Shown: piece after piece, positions 1-9,691 of the stretch
How positions within the stretch are numbered: position 1 is the first letter of the stretch
How the letters are laid out: every line of letters starts with the position of its first letter
Assembly: GCA_038204425.1 (NCBI GenBank)
Contig: JBBRCZ010000002.1
Location: 192,001-256,000, forward strand
Reading direction: 5' to 3'
Origin: Spirochaetia bacterium
GTDB lineage: Bacteria > Spirochaetota > Spirochaetia > DSM-27196 > Salinispiraceae
DNA length: 64,000 bases
Position numbers and translations under genes: made by a program
Notes under the pieces: model-generated
What the model was told of the DNA's origin: nothing
Seen by the model: the letters and a program-made list of their open reading frames with translations, nothing else
Database searches by the model: none

Positions 1-1102
1 TCTCGGCAATTTGCTACACCGACGCAAACGCAATGGCGACCTTGTTGCGCACACCAATTCTGACGACTTTGCTGTAGTTCTATCAGGAACTACTGCGGCA
101 GCAGACGTTAGGGCCTGGCTCGGCTCGATTCACACTGCCTTAACAAAACTAAGTGGCAAGGACTCGGTTTATCCGAGCTTGACTTGTTCTGTCGGTGTGT
201 CGTTTTTTCCTAGCGATGGCTCCAATGCTGATGAGTTGGTAAAAAACTCAGAAGCCGCCTTGGCTCGAGCCAAACTCAAGGGCAAGGAAAGTCTGGTATT
301 TTACGACCAGCGTGTCCACCAAGACGCTATGGAGCGTTTTAACCTTGAGGATCAGATTAGCCGTGGCATTGATGAAGGCAGCTTTTTGGCATGGTACCAA
401 GCCCAAGTAGACAAAGACGGCAAAATATATGGCGCAGAAGCTTTGGTTCGCTGGAAGACTGCCAGCGGCATTGTTGCTCCGCTTCACTTTATCGAGACGG
501 CCGAAAGAATGGGAAGCATCATTCAGATTGGCGAACAGGTATTGAGACAAGCCTGTATGGACTATAAACGCTGGCAGATCGCCGGACTGCAACCTGGCAA
601 AATTTCCGTAAACTTGTCGCCCTTTCAGTTCAACAGCCCATTTTTGGTTGCCAGTATAGAAAAAATAATCCAAGATATTGACTTTGACACCAAAAACTTA
701 ACGTTAGAAATCACCGAGAGTGGCATCATGGAAGATGCAAGCAAGGCCTTGGATAAACTCAATGCAATTAGTGCCATGGGTATTTCGATTGCAATTGACG
801 ATTTTGGGACGGGTTACTCGTCCATTGCTAAACTCAAGGATTTTCCCGTTGATTGCCTCAAAATTGATAGGTCATTTATTACGACTTTACCAGCCGACAC
901 TAAGACCTTAACCATTACTAAGGCAGTTATAGACTTGGGTAGAAACCTAGGTTTTAAGTTGGTAGCCGAAGGTGTAGAGCGGCTTGACCAAGTTGAGCTC
1001 TTGGCCAATTTGGGCTGCGATCTCTTCCAAGGCTTTTATTTTGCCAGACCTTGTCCGGCGGCAGACTTTGAGTTGCTGCTCAAAAAAAGGATGGAATCCT
1101 AA
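1..1102 (+). CDS. GGDEF(degenerate)-EAL c-di-GMP phosphodiesterase, 5' end outside window
   Basis: EALVRW, SVNLS, LEITES, DDFGTGYSS, LKIDRSF, VAEGVE and QGFYF motifs are intact; the GGDEF site is degenerate (NSDDF). Confidence 0.9.
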   Translation, partial: LGNLLHRRKRNGDLVAHTNSDDFAVVLSGTTAAADVRAWLGSIHTALTKLSGKDSVYPSLTCSVGVSFFPSDGSNADELVKNSEAALARAKLKGKESLVFYDQRVHQDAMERFNLEDQISRGIDEGSFLAWYQAQVDKDGKIYGAEALVRWKTASGIVAPLHFIETAERMGSIIQIGEQVLRQACMDYKRWQIAGLQPGKISVNLSPFQFNSPFLVASIEKIIQDIDFDTKNLTLEITESGIMEDASKALDKLNAISAMGISIAIDDFGTGYSSIAKLKDFPVDCLKIDRSFITTLPADTKTLTITKAVIDLGRNLGFKLVAEGVERLDQVELLANLGCDLFQGFYFARPCPAADFELLLKKRMES

Positions 1103-1113
1103 GCATTTAGAGC

Positions 1114-1788
1114 TTAGCCAAAAGTTTGACGGCAGACGTAAAGCTCTGCTAATCCTTGCTCCAGCATTAGGCCAGTTTCTGCCGCATAGTAGCCGATCAG
1201 GTATTTCATTTGCACAAGGCGGTCGGTCTTGTCTCTGTTTTATATTAGGGATGCCATTAAAGCAGCTGACTTACCTTTAAGTAACAGAAACTCTGACCTA
1301 AGTGTATGGCCTGAGTGGGCTTGTTGTCTGCTCCCGGCATCTCGGTCTCCTCCCGCAATGCTGGGAGCAAAAAAAAGATAAGCGGCCAAGTGATGAAAAT
1401 AAATCAGAATGTTTTGCCGATTCTGCAAAAGCCTGCGCATACCAAATTAGGTACTGCGTTTGGAAAGGTTGTGCGTAGACAGCTTTCTCCAGATAGTCGG
1501 ATGCTATGTTCCAACGTTCTTGATGAGCTGCGATCCTCCCAAAATCGAAACTGGCTTCATGGTTACTTAGATCGGCCGCTAAGCTGCGCGGCAATATCAA
1601 CGCGACAAGATCAAATAGGCGTCTTTAAACTTTCCTGCTTTATAAAGTTCTCGAGCATTTTTAGTGTTTTCAAAGAAGGACATAGGTAGAGGAATTTGCT
1701 GAGCTTGGGGTGGTAACTGAAGGCCAAAAACCAAGAAAACCAAAGAACAAAAACTTGAGAATTTAGCTGAGAAGCAGAAAAAATCCAT
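1114..1788 (-). pseudogene. Fragmented secreted TPR-repeat protein
   Basis: Four consecutive pieces in different frames: signal peptide + ARELYKAGKFKDAY (1597-1788), TPR helices GRIAAHQERWNIASDYLEKAV (1298-1600), YLFFAPSIAGGD (1240-1440 frame), MKYLIGYYAAETGLMLEQGLAEL (1114-1209). Confidence 0.6.
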
Positions 1789-1909
1789 TAGTATCGCTAT
1801 AGTTTGATAATTGATTGTGAGCTCTTAAGTCGGGTGCTTTACATGCACCGATACCAGACGGTATCTTTAGTGATCAATTGAGGCCGTTCTTGACAGTGCA
1901 GGAGATTTA

Positions 1910-4285
1910 ATGAAGACCATTTTGATTGTCGAAGATGATGCCTCAATTGCCATGACGGAAAAAATCCAGCTTGAGATCGCTGGCTATGAAGTCAAAGTCC
2001 TGTCAAAGGGCGAAGAAGCAGTTTCTTACCTTGCTGACCAAAGTCGCAAAGTTGATTTGGTCTTGATGGACATTGACTTGGGCTCGGGCATAGATGGTGC
2101 CGAAGCGGCACGTAGAATTTTAGCTTTTCGCGACATTCCAGTGGTTTTTATTTCTGCACACAGTGATGCTTTAGTTATTGCGCGCACAGACTCTATCACC
2201 TCTTACGGCTATATCGCCAAAAATTCGGCCGCAAGTGTGGTTCTTGCTTCGATAGGCATGGCGTTTAAACTATTTGATGCCTACCAAGACATTGCACGCC
2301 AGAAACGAACAATTGAAATCAAGAATGAAGAGTTGGAAGCTTCTCGTTACAACAACGTGCTACAAGAACGCCAGTTTGCTGAGCTGTTTAACAAAATTTC
2401 TATAGGACTGATTGTTATATCGACTGAGGATCAAGGCCAGACTTTTGTCCTTAGAGATCTCAATCCTTCTGCCGAGCGGATCAATAAACTTCCCAGGTCA
2501 AGCGCCCTTGGTCTTGAGCTCAAAGATGCGCTTCCTGGCATCAAAGATATGGCATTGCAGGCTGTAATAAACAGAGTTTGGAAAACAGGGAAGTCACAAG
2601 ACTTGCAAGCCAGTTTGTATTCTGACGACAAGGTGTCTTTGTTACTTAAGTTTGAGGTCTACAAACTGCCTTTAGGACAAATAGTAATGGTCTATGAAGA
2701 CGTTACCCAAGAACGATTGGCAGAACTTGAGATCCGTCGGCTCAATCGTTTGTATTCGTTTGTTAGCCAAATCAACCAGATGGTGACGCGCACTAAGACT
2801 AAGGAATTGATCCTGACCGAAGCATGTAGAATCGCCGTGGATTTTGGACAGTTTCATTTTGCCTGGGCGGCACTGGTTGACCAGGATAGCAATACGCTCA
2901 ATCCGCTTGCATCTTCAGGTAGCGACAAAGGCTATGTTGATGCGATTGCGAATCTCGGCTTGGACCTTGGACAAAACCAAAGCACCCAAAACCTTGCACC
3001 AGCTCTAAGGGCTGTTTGGAACAAAGAGCTGGTAGTCTGCAACGATATCGACAGTTCAGAAAATGGTTCAACCTGGGCAAATGAAGCCTATTTAAGAGAC
3101 TTTCGCTCGTGCATAGCCATGCCAGTTCTTGTCAATCAACAAGTACTTGCTGTTTTTTCTCTTTATACCAACGAGATATATTACTTTAACGAATCCGAGT
3201 TAAAACTGGTAGAAGGCGTTTGTCGGGACTTAGCCTATGCAATTTCTGTTTGTATACTGGAAGATGAAAAAGTCCAAGATGCCCAAGCGCTAAAGGCAAA
3301 TGAGGAACGTTATCGACTTCTTTTTGAGAGCATTGCACAAGGCTTTGCCCTGCATCAAGTAATTGAGAATGAACAAGGAATAGCAGTCAGTTACCGCTTC
3401 CTGAGCGTAAATCCGGCCTTTGAAAAAATGACAGGCATCAAGGCAGCCGATATCGTAGGCAAAAGTGTGCATGAGGTATTTCCTCAAGTTGAAAATCATT
3501 GGCTAGAGGCTTACAGCAAGGTGGCGCAAACGGGTGAACCTATCCATATGGAAAATTACTCGGCAGATATTGGCAAGCACTTTGAAACCTGGGTCTATTC
3601 GCCCCAAAAAGGGCGCTTTGCGGTTGTATTTTCTGACATTACCGCTCGCAAAATAGCCAATGAGTCCCTCAAGAACTTAATATCCCAAAAAGAAATACTA
3701 CTTAAAGAACTGCAACACCGCGTCAAAAACAACCTGAGCGTGGTATCGAGTCTGCTCTATTTAGAAAAGAATCAACTTAAAGACGAGCATAGCCAAGTAG
3801 TTTTTACCAACGCAATTTCACGAATTCAGACAATGGCAGGAATCTACGAGCAGTTGAGCTTGTCCGAACAACTGGGTACCGTGGACCTTAGCGTTTACTT
3901 AGGCAACCTTGCTCGTATGGTACTTTCTGCCTATCGTATTGATACCAGCAAAATCAAGTTGGAATGCAAAGTCGAGCCAATTCATCTTGATTCCAGCCGA
4001 GCAGTACTTCTTGGTTTGATCGCCAACGAGTTGATAGCAAACGCCGTTAAGTATGCTTTTACCAAGCGAAAAGAAGGCTGCATCACCATAATGTTAAAGC
4101 AAATCCATAGCAATATTTGTCTGACGGTTTTTGACAATGGCGATGGCATGCCTGAGCCCGTCCATGCAAACGAAAGCAAGAGCATCGGCTTGGATTTGGT
4201 TCGCATGCTTGCAGACCAGCTGCAGGCCAGCCTGTATTTTTATCTCGAATCGGGCAGTAAGATCGTTCTAGAATTTGCCCTCTAA
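1910..4285 (+). CDS. Hybrid sensor histidine kinase: receiver-PAS-GAF-PAS-HisKA_2/HATPase
   Basis: N-terminal ILIVEDD...LMDIDL receiver; ELQHRVKNNL H-box; NELIANAVKYAF and DNGDG boxes; RBS GGAG upstream. Confidence 0.9.
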   Translation: MKTILIVEDDASIAMTEKIQLEIAGYEVKVLSKGEEAVSYLADQSRKVDLVLMDIDLGSGIDGAEAARRILAFRDIPVVFISAHSDALVIARTDSITSYGYIAKNSAASVVLASIGMAFKLFDAYQDIARQKRTIEIKNEELEASRYNNVLQERQFAELFNKISIGLIVISTEDQGQTFVLRDLNPSAERINKLPRSSALGLELKDALPGIKDMALQAVINRVWKTGKSQDLQASLYSDDKVSLLLKFEVYKLPLGQIVMVYEDVTQERLAELEIRRLNRLYSFVSQINQMVTRTKTKELILTEACRIAVDFGQFHFAWAALVDQDSNTLNPLASSGSDKGYVDAIANLGLDLGQNQSTQNLAPALRAVWNKELVVCNDIDSSENGSTWANEAYLRDFRSCIAMPVLVNQQVLAVFSLYTNEIYYFNESELKLVEGVCRDLAYAISVCILEDEKVQDAQALKANEERYRLLFESIAQGFALHQVIENEQGIAVSYRFLSVNPAFEKMTGIKAADIVGKSVHEVFPQVENHWLEAYSKVAQTGEPIHMENYSADIGKHFETWVYSPQKGRFAVVFSDITARKIANESLKNLISQKEILLKELQHRVKNNLSVVSSLLYLEKNQLKDEHSQVVFTNAISRIQTMAGIYEQLSLSEQLGTVDLSVYLGNLARMVLSAYRIDTSKIKLECKVEPIHLDSSRAVLLGLIANELIANAVKYAFTKRKEGCITIMLKQIHSNICLTVFDNGDGMPEPVHANESKSIGLDLVRMLADQLQASLYFYLESGSKIVLEFAL

Positions 4286-4295
4286 TGGAGTAACC

Positions 4296-5417
4296 ATGCC
4301 CAACAAAGAAGAAATTAAACGCTACCGAGCCAACCTACAGGCCGAACGCGAAGCAGTGTTTCTCTACAATCGCTTAGCCGACAGTGAAGCGGTGGCGCCT
4401 CTCAAAGAAGTATACCAAAAACTCGCGCTATGTGAGGCCAAACATGTTGCGGTCTGGGAAGCTAAACTTATTGACGCAGGACTTGAACCAGGACCGTTTA
4501 AACCGGGGATTAAGCCGCGGATCTTGGCATTTCTGTCACGCCGCGCCGGGGCTGCGGCTGTGGCACCCTTGATTGCCGCTATAGAAAAGGATGCAGCCAA
4601 TGAATACGCTGGCCAGAATTTTGTAGAAGCAATAGCGATGGACAAAGAAGAAAAGTCGCACGCACGCGTCTTTAGCTATTTAGCACGCCATGCCGACGGT
4701 GTGGAAGGCGCACAAGTTGCCCGGCTTGAAGGGCGACACAAAGCGGGTGGTAACGCCTTGCGTGCGGGTGTACTAGGCGCCAACGATGGTCTGATTAGTG
4801 TTTTTTCTTTGGTGATGGGTGTGGCCGGAACCGGTGCTGACAACCAAGCACTCCTAATCACTGGCGGAGCCGGACTTTTGGCGGGAGCCTTGTCGATGGC
4901 TATGGGCGAGTGGTTGTCGGTACAAAATGCTCGTGAGTTGTATCAAAACCAACTCAAAATAGAAGCTCAAGAACTTGAAGAAGCGCCCGAAGAAGAGCGT
5001 GAAGAATTGATACTAATTTATCAAGCCAAAGGGTTAGACTCAGAAACGGCAACAAAAATGGCGGATCGACTCCTACTTGACAAGACCCAGGCCCTAGACA
5101 CACTCGCACGAGAAGAACTCGCTATTGACCCGGCCGAACTTGGCGGCTCGGCCTGGGAGGCAGCATTTACCTCATTTGTGCTTTTTTGTCTTGGTGCACT
5201 GTTTCCTGTTTTGCCGTATTTTTTTGCATCAGGATCACTTGGTATCGTAGTAAGTGCAGTAAGTTCTGCACTTGGATTGTTTGTTTTGGGACTCTTGTCT
5301 AGCCTAATGAACGGACTTAACTGGCTTTGGTCGGGACTGCGCCAAGTCCTATTTGGCGTGGCAGCGGGTGCAATAACGTATGGCATTGGTACTTTGATAG
5401 GTGTCAGTTTGGGATAG
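4296..5417 (+). CDS. VIT1/CCC1 Fe/Mn transporter with N-terminal rubrerythrin/ferritin-like domain
   Basis: ExxH pairs (CEAKH, EEKSH); LRAGVLGANDGLIS and AGALSMAMGEWLSV VIT1 motifs; ATG 4296 follows GGAG. Confidence 0.9.
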   Translation: MPNKEEIKRYRANLQAEREAVFLYNRLADSEAVAPLKEVYQKLALCEAKHVAVWEAKLIDAGLEPGPFKPGIKPRILAFLSRRAGAAAVAPLIAAIEKDAANEYAGQNFVEAIAMDKEEKSHARVFSYLARHADGVEGAQVARLEGRHKAGGNALRAGVLGANDGLISVFSLVMGVAGTGADNQALLITGGAGLLAGALSMAMGEWLSVQNARELYQNQLKIEAQELEEAPEEEREELILIYQAKGLDSETATKMADRLLLDKTQALDTLAREELAIDPAELGGSAWEAAFTSFVLFCLGALFPVLPYFFASGSLGIVVSAVSSALGLFVLGLLSSLMNGLNWLWSGLRQVLFGVAAGAITYGIGTLIGVSLG

Positions 5418-5534
5418 GGATATTGGCCAACGATATTCTCCAATGATACTTGGCAATTACTCGTAGTTTAACGCAGTGATGGCAATACTCTAACAAATCA
5501 GCGTTAGATTCCCCTACCAGATGGGGGACTAGGC

Positions 5535-5882
5535 ATGAAGGCTTCGGCAAAGAAATTTGGAGAGACCGGCGCTGTACTCTTGTTGAGCGGAGAGATTGAC
5601 CTGTATTCCACCAGTGAACTTTGGAAGATGGTGTCAGGCATTCTTGAGCTCGGTCGAAAACATTTAATACTAGACGTGAGCGATGTGAACTACCTTGATA
5701 GCTCAGGTGTTGGGGTAGTCATCCGACTATTGCAAGAACTCAAAAAGCAGGGTGGTAAACTATTGGTGGCAGGTCTGCAAGGTTCGCCTAGGCAAGTTTT
5801 GCAGATGTCTAACATCATAAGTCTTTTGCAGCTCTGTGACAATGTAGAACAGGGCCGAGCCATGCTTGGCGAAGCAATTTAA
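5535..5882 (+). CDS. STAS-domain anti-sigma factor antagonist (RsbV/SpoIIAA-like)
   Basis: LSGEIDLY...LDVSDVNYLDSSGVG with the phosphorylatable Ser. Confidence 0.9.
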   Translation: MKASAKKFGETGAVLLLSGEIDLYSTSELWKMVSGILELGRKHLILDVSDVNYLDSSGVGVVIRLLQELKKQGGKLLVAGLQGSPRQVLQMSNIISLLQLCDNVEQGRAMLGEAI

Positions 5883-5895
5883 AAAAGGATAAGGG

Positions 5896-6456
5896 ATGTT
5901 TATACCGCGCAAAATTATCATCGATGACCGCAACGAACTCTTTGACGCAAAAGGCATGAAGTATGTAGAATTTCCATCCGACTTTTCGCAGATCCGAGTT
6001 TACACTGCGCAGATCTTAGAAAAAGCTCCTGAGACTTTTTTAGAAGGCAACCTGCTGCATCAACAGTTGTCAGAAATTATTAAGAACGGCATCAAACATG
6101 GCAACAGGTCGGACCCCAGCAAAAAAATTAAAATCTGGTTTGACCTGCGTAAGCGAGCGCGCTTTATCGTAGAGGATGAAGGAGAGGGTTTCGTGCATTT
6201 GGAAGAATGGAATGAGTTTTTCTTTAAACGACAGAAAGCTCTCCATGAGGCCGATTTTGATACTTTTTTGCAGCTAGCCAACTACCAAGGCCCAACAAGC
6301 GACAACACCGACGGTGGCAACTCTTTGATCGCCGCTCTAGAATACTGGAACGGTGGTTTTATCTTTGGTGGCAAACGCAACAAAGTTGGCGTAGTGCGTT
6401 GGTTTAGCGGCGGAAGCAGTCGTAGCGAAAATGAGAATGGAAGCAGCAATGTCTGA
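5896..6456 (+). CDS. Anti-sigma factor / Ser kinase, HATPase_c_2 (RsbW/SpoIIAB-like)
   Basis: FPSDF N-terminus; SEIIKNGIKHGN N-box; VEDEGEGF G1 box. Confidence 0.8.
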   Translation: MFIPRKIIIDDRNELFDAKGMKYVEFPSDFSQIRVYTAQILEKAPETFLEGNLLHQQLSEIIKNGIKHGNRSDPSKKIKIWFDLRKRARFIVEDEGEGFVHLEEWNEFFFKRQKALHEADFDTFLQLANYQGPTSDNTDGGNSLIAALEYWNGGFIFGGKRNKVGVVRWFSGGSSRSENENGSSNV

Positions 6457-7279
6457 AAATGCAAGCCTCTTACAGAGGGCCCGCCACAGCTACACGGCTA
6501 CAATCCGTCAGCTTGAACCAAAGACGATACTGCAAACGCGTAAACTCTCGGTTTTGTTTGACAATGGACTTTACGGGTGTCGTGATATATCCATTAGTTT
6601 TTTTACCAATGCCATCACTTCGATAATTGGACCATCTGGCTGTGGCAAGTCTACCTTCCTCAAGGCTCTCAATCGTCTGCATGACGACCACGCACAGACC
6701 AAGGTGAGCGGTCAGGTAATGTTAGACGGCGTGGATATCTATAGCAAAGCGATAGATCCTATTGTTTTACGACGACGTATTGGGATGATATTTCAAAGAC
6801 CCTATCCTATTCCCCATTTGTCAATATTTGACAATGTGGCGGTTGGCTTGACACTTGTCGGTATCAAAAAGAAGCGTATGGTGCATGAGCAGGTCGAACA
6901 ATCGCTAAGGCGCGCTGCAGTATGGAATGAGGTAAAAGACAGACTAAGGGAACCAGCACTATCATTATCTGGTGGCCAGCAACAGCGCCTGTGTATCGCC
7001 AGAGCCTTGGCAATTGAGCCTGAAGTTCTATTGCTTGATGAGCCAACCAGTGCTCTCGATCCGATAGCTACCAAAATAGTAGAGGAACTATTGACCGAGC
7101 TCAAAAAGACCATAGGTATTGTTATGGTGACTCATTCGATGAACCAAGCCGCCAGAGTTAGTGATAGGACCGCCCTCTTTTTTGCAGGTGAAGTGATGGA
7201 ATACGGACCGACCGACATCATGTTTACGCGACCAGAAAAACAAATTACCTTGGATTATATAAATGGCCGAATTGAATAA
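6449..7279 (+). CDS. pstB: Phosphate ABC transporter ATP-binding protein (alternative start 6431)
   Basis: IIGPSGCGKSTFLKALNRLHD, LRRRIGMIFQRP, SIFDNVA, LSGGQQQRLCIARALAIEPEVLLLDEPTSALDPIAT, VTHSMNQAARVSD, and a DYINGR C-terminus typical of PstB. Confidence 0.92.
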   Translation: MSENASLLQRARHSYTATIRQLEPKTILQTRKLSVLFDNGLYGCRDISISFFTNAITSIIGPSGCGKSTFLKALNRLHDDHAQTKVSGQVMLDGVDIYSKAIDPIVLRRRIGMIFQRPYPIPHLSIFDNVAVGLTLVGIKKKRMVHEQVEQSLRRAAVWNEVKDRLREPALSLSGGQQQRLCIARALAIEPEVLLLDEPTSALDPIATKIVEELLTELKKTIGIVMVTHSMNQAARVSDRTALFFAGEVMEYGPTDIMFTRPEKQITLDYINGRIE

Positions 7280-8507
7280 ATTAGTACTAGTTAAACCCGC
7301 AACGTTAGAGCATACTGTGTTAGAGCTCTTACCTCGACTTAAGGGCAACAAAGTCTTTCGCAAGCACCCTTCCGAAAAAGTGCATGGGCAGTCTATTCTC
7401 AAAGTTGTTACCCACTTCTTTACTGTCCACGCACTTGACCCGATAGAAGACATCGCTCGAGATTTTGAGGCCTTCCCAAAAGTGCTCGCTTTGGGAGTTT
7501 TGGATGATAAAGATCGCCTCATTGGATTGATAGACCGCAGTCAGTTTTTTAATGAGCTTGGTCAGCCTTTTGGACGTGATGTTTTAGTCAAAAAGCCAGC
7601 TTTGGCCATCGCTGAAGAAATCACTAATTTCTATTTTAACAAGAGTATTTTTTCTGTTGCCATCGAGCTTGATTCCAAGGATTTGGTCCAAGACAAAGTC
7701 TATTTCTTTGGTTTGACTGACGCTCAAGGACGATTTGCTGGGCTATTCTCGTCGATGGACCTGTTACGCTACTTGTCAAACGTAACGCAGCAAGACATAA
7801 GTCTGGCTGGTCAGTTGCAAGAGCGCCTAGTCAAAGAGAAACAGGCTGTTGAGGAAAAAAACTTCAGCTTTTACGGTTTTTCTCAATACGCCAAAGGTAT
7901 GGGCGGTGACTTTTATGGCATGTATCCAATTGGCGACGATCGTTGGTTTTTTACCATTTGTGATGTCTCAGGCAAAGGGGTTGCAGCTTCGGTTATTACC
8001 AGCATGTTGTGGGGTATGTTTAGACTGTACGACTGGCGTAAGGGACTCAAACACCTGATCCAAGAGGTCAATAAGGCGCTGATTCAAACCTTTCATTTGG
8101 AAAAATATGTCACTGGAGTTTTTGGCTTTTACGACGCCTCTAGCCGCAAGATCAAGCTTGCCGACATGGGGCATAGCATGGCCTATATTGTTCGCGACGG
8201 CAAAATTACCCACATCAATGGACCACACATCAACTTGCCAATTGGCCTAGAACTGGACTTGGATCCAAATATGATAAGCATAAAGCTTCAGCAAAGTGAC
8301 AGCTTGTTTTTTATGACTGACGGACTAGTAGAACAAGAGAACGCACAAGGGCAAACGCTAGAAGCCAAACAGTGGATCAAACGCCTACTACCGTTGGTAG
8401 AGAAAGACGCTGACCCACGAGACGCTATGCTTAGTTTGTTTAATGAGTTTCGCAAAGGCATACCGCAGCAGGACGACATAACTGCCATGGTTATGCAGAT
8501 CCGCTAA
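7263..8507 (+). CDS. PP2C/SpoIIE (RsbU-like) phosphatase with N-terminal CBS-like pair
   Basis: MGGDFY, ICDVSGKGVAAS, MGH, FMTDGL and QQDDIT PP2C motifs; N-terminal LGVLDDKDRLIGLIDR CBS-like segment. Confidence 0.88.
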   Translation: MAELNKLVLVKPATLEHTVLELLPRLKGNKVFRKHPSEKVHGQSILKVVTHFFTVHALDPIEDIARDFEAFPKVLALGVLDDKDRLIGLIDRSQFFNELGQPFGRDVLVKKPALAIAEEITNFYFNKSIFSVAIELDSKDLVQDKVYFFGLTDAQGRFAGLFSSMDLLRYLSNVTQQDISLAGQLQERLVKEKQAVEEKNFSFYGFSQYAKGMGGDFYGMYPIGDDRWFFTICDVSGKGVAASVITSMLWGMFRLYDWRKGLKHLIQEVNKALIQTFHLEKYVTGVFGFYDASSRKIKLADMGHSMAYIVRDGKITHINGPHINLPIGLELDLDPNMISIKLQQSDSLFFMTDGLVEQENAQGQTLEAKQWIKRLLPLVEKDADPRDAMLSLFNEFRKGIPQQDDITAMVMQIR

Positions 8508-8513
8508 AAGTTA

Positions 8514-9344
8514 CTAGTGCCCAGGATGTTCCAAACTAAATTTGCCCAAAGCGCCGCTTCGAAAGTCGTTCATAAGCATAATCTGGGTTCGTTCCAGATC
8601 TATGAGTCCGCCCTTGACCAAAAAGCCGCGCTTGTTGCCAATTTCTTGGATAATGCTTTGCGAGTTGTTGTCCAAACCAGTCAGTTTGTAGCGTTCCTTA
8701 AGAGCAGTTGGATAGTGTTCTAATAAAAAACTGATGGTAAGGTCGACAATAATCGAGAAGTCGTAAACGTCGTCTTTGATGGCCCCAAGCATCGCAAGGC
8801 GTTGGCCCGTCAATGGGTCGTCAAACTTGTGCCAGAGTATACCAGGACTGTCCACTAGTTCAAAATTTTCGCTCAGTCTTATTTTTTGTAGGGTCTTAGT
8901 GTGTCCCGGTTTGGGCGCGACTGATACCTTGTGGCCGTGACAAAGTGCGTTAATGAGCGTAGATTTGCCAACGTTTGGAATGCCAACTATCATAGCTCTT
9001 ACTGTTGCTAAGGACTTGACCTTGGACTTTGTTGCTTGTTGACAGGCCAGGACAATAGCGGCCAAGTTGAGGCGCTCTTTGGAGGAGACCAAGACAACGC
9101 GAGTGTTGACCTCTTGTTCTAGACGTGCCTTCCAGGCGGTTGTAGTCATAGAATCGGCAATATCAATTTTGTTGAGAATTACTACGCGAGCTTTGTCGCC
9201 AATAAGTTGATCCAAAAGCGGGTTGCGCGTTGAGATTGGTGCACGAGCATCTAAAAGCTCAAGATACACATCCACCGATGAACGGCTATCTTTAATTAGT
9301 TTGGTGGTTTTGGTCATGTGACCGGGAAACCATTGTATGGTCAT
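8514..9344 (-). CDS. rbgA: Ribosome biogenesis GTPase YlqF/RbgA
   Basis: IQWFPGHM, DARAP, NKID, GIPNVGKSTLIN, DSPGILW (circularly permuted GTPase). Confidence 0.95.
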   Translation of the reverse strand: MTIQWFPGHMTKTTKLIKDSRSSVDVYLELLDARAPISTRNPLLDQLIGDKARVVILNKIDIADSMTTTAWKARLEQEVNTRVVLVSSKERLNLAAIVLACQQATKSKVKSLATVRAMIVGIPNVGKSTLINALCHGHKVSVAPKPGHTKTLQKIRLSENFELVDSPGILWHKFDDPLTGQRLAMLGAIKDDVYDFSIIVDLTISFLLEHYPTALKERYKLTGLDNNSQSIIQEIGNKRGFLVKGGLIDLERTQIMLMNDFRSGALGKFSLEHPGH

Positions 9345-9691
9345 GGAGTCTCCAATTGGCAACTTGTTACACATGCCTAGGTAGAAATGCTTCTAATGCC
9401 GTCCAGCACCTCACCACTATAGTTAGTGGCTACCAGATTAATACAGTTGCTTGCACGCTGCAAGGTCTACCGCACCTAGGCGGTGGTAGCGGTAATCATC
9501 CGGCATCTTTTCTTGGTTCATTGTCCTATCCTTTGATCTGCGAGAGATCGCCTTGGTTCAAAATCCATAGCTATACCTATAATAACAAGAAAACTTGCTT
9601 GAGCAAAAGGTGCCAATAGTCCCTAAGGAAGTACATTGGGTTTAGGTGGCACCGTTGACAGCCCTACAAACTTGCGAGTAGTTTGTGAGGC

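Noticed and set aside
9437..9520. Short minus-strand ORF MNQEKMPDDYRYHRLGAVDLAACKQLY upstream of rbgA
   Set aside because: Only 27 aa with no diagnostic motif; it could be a gene remnant but cannot be supported
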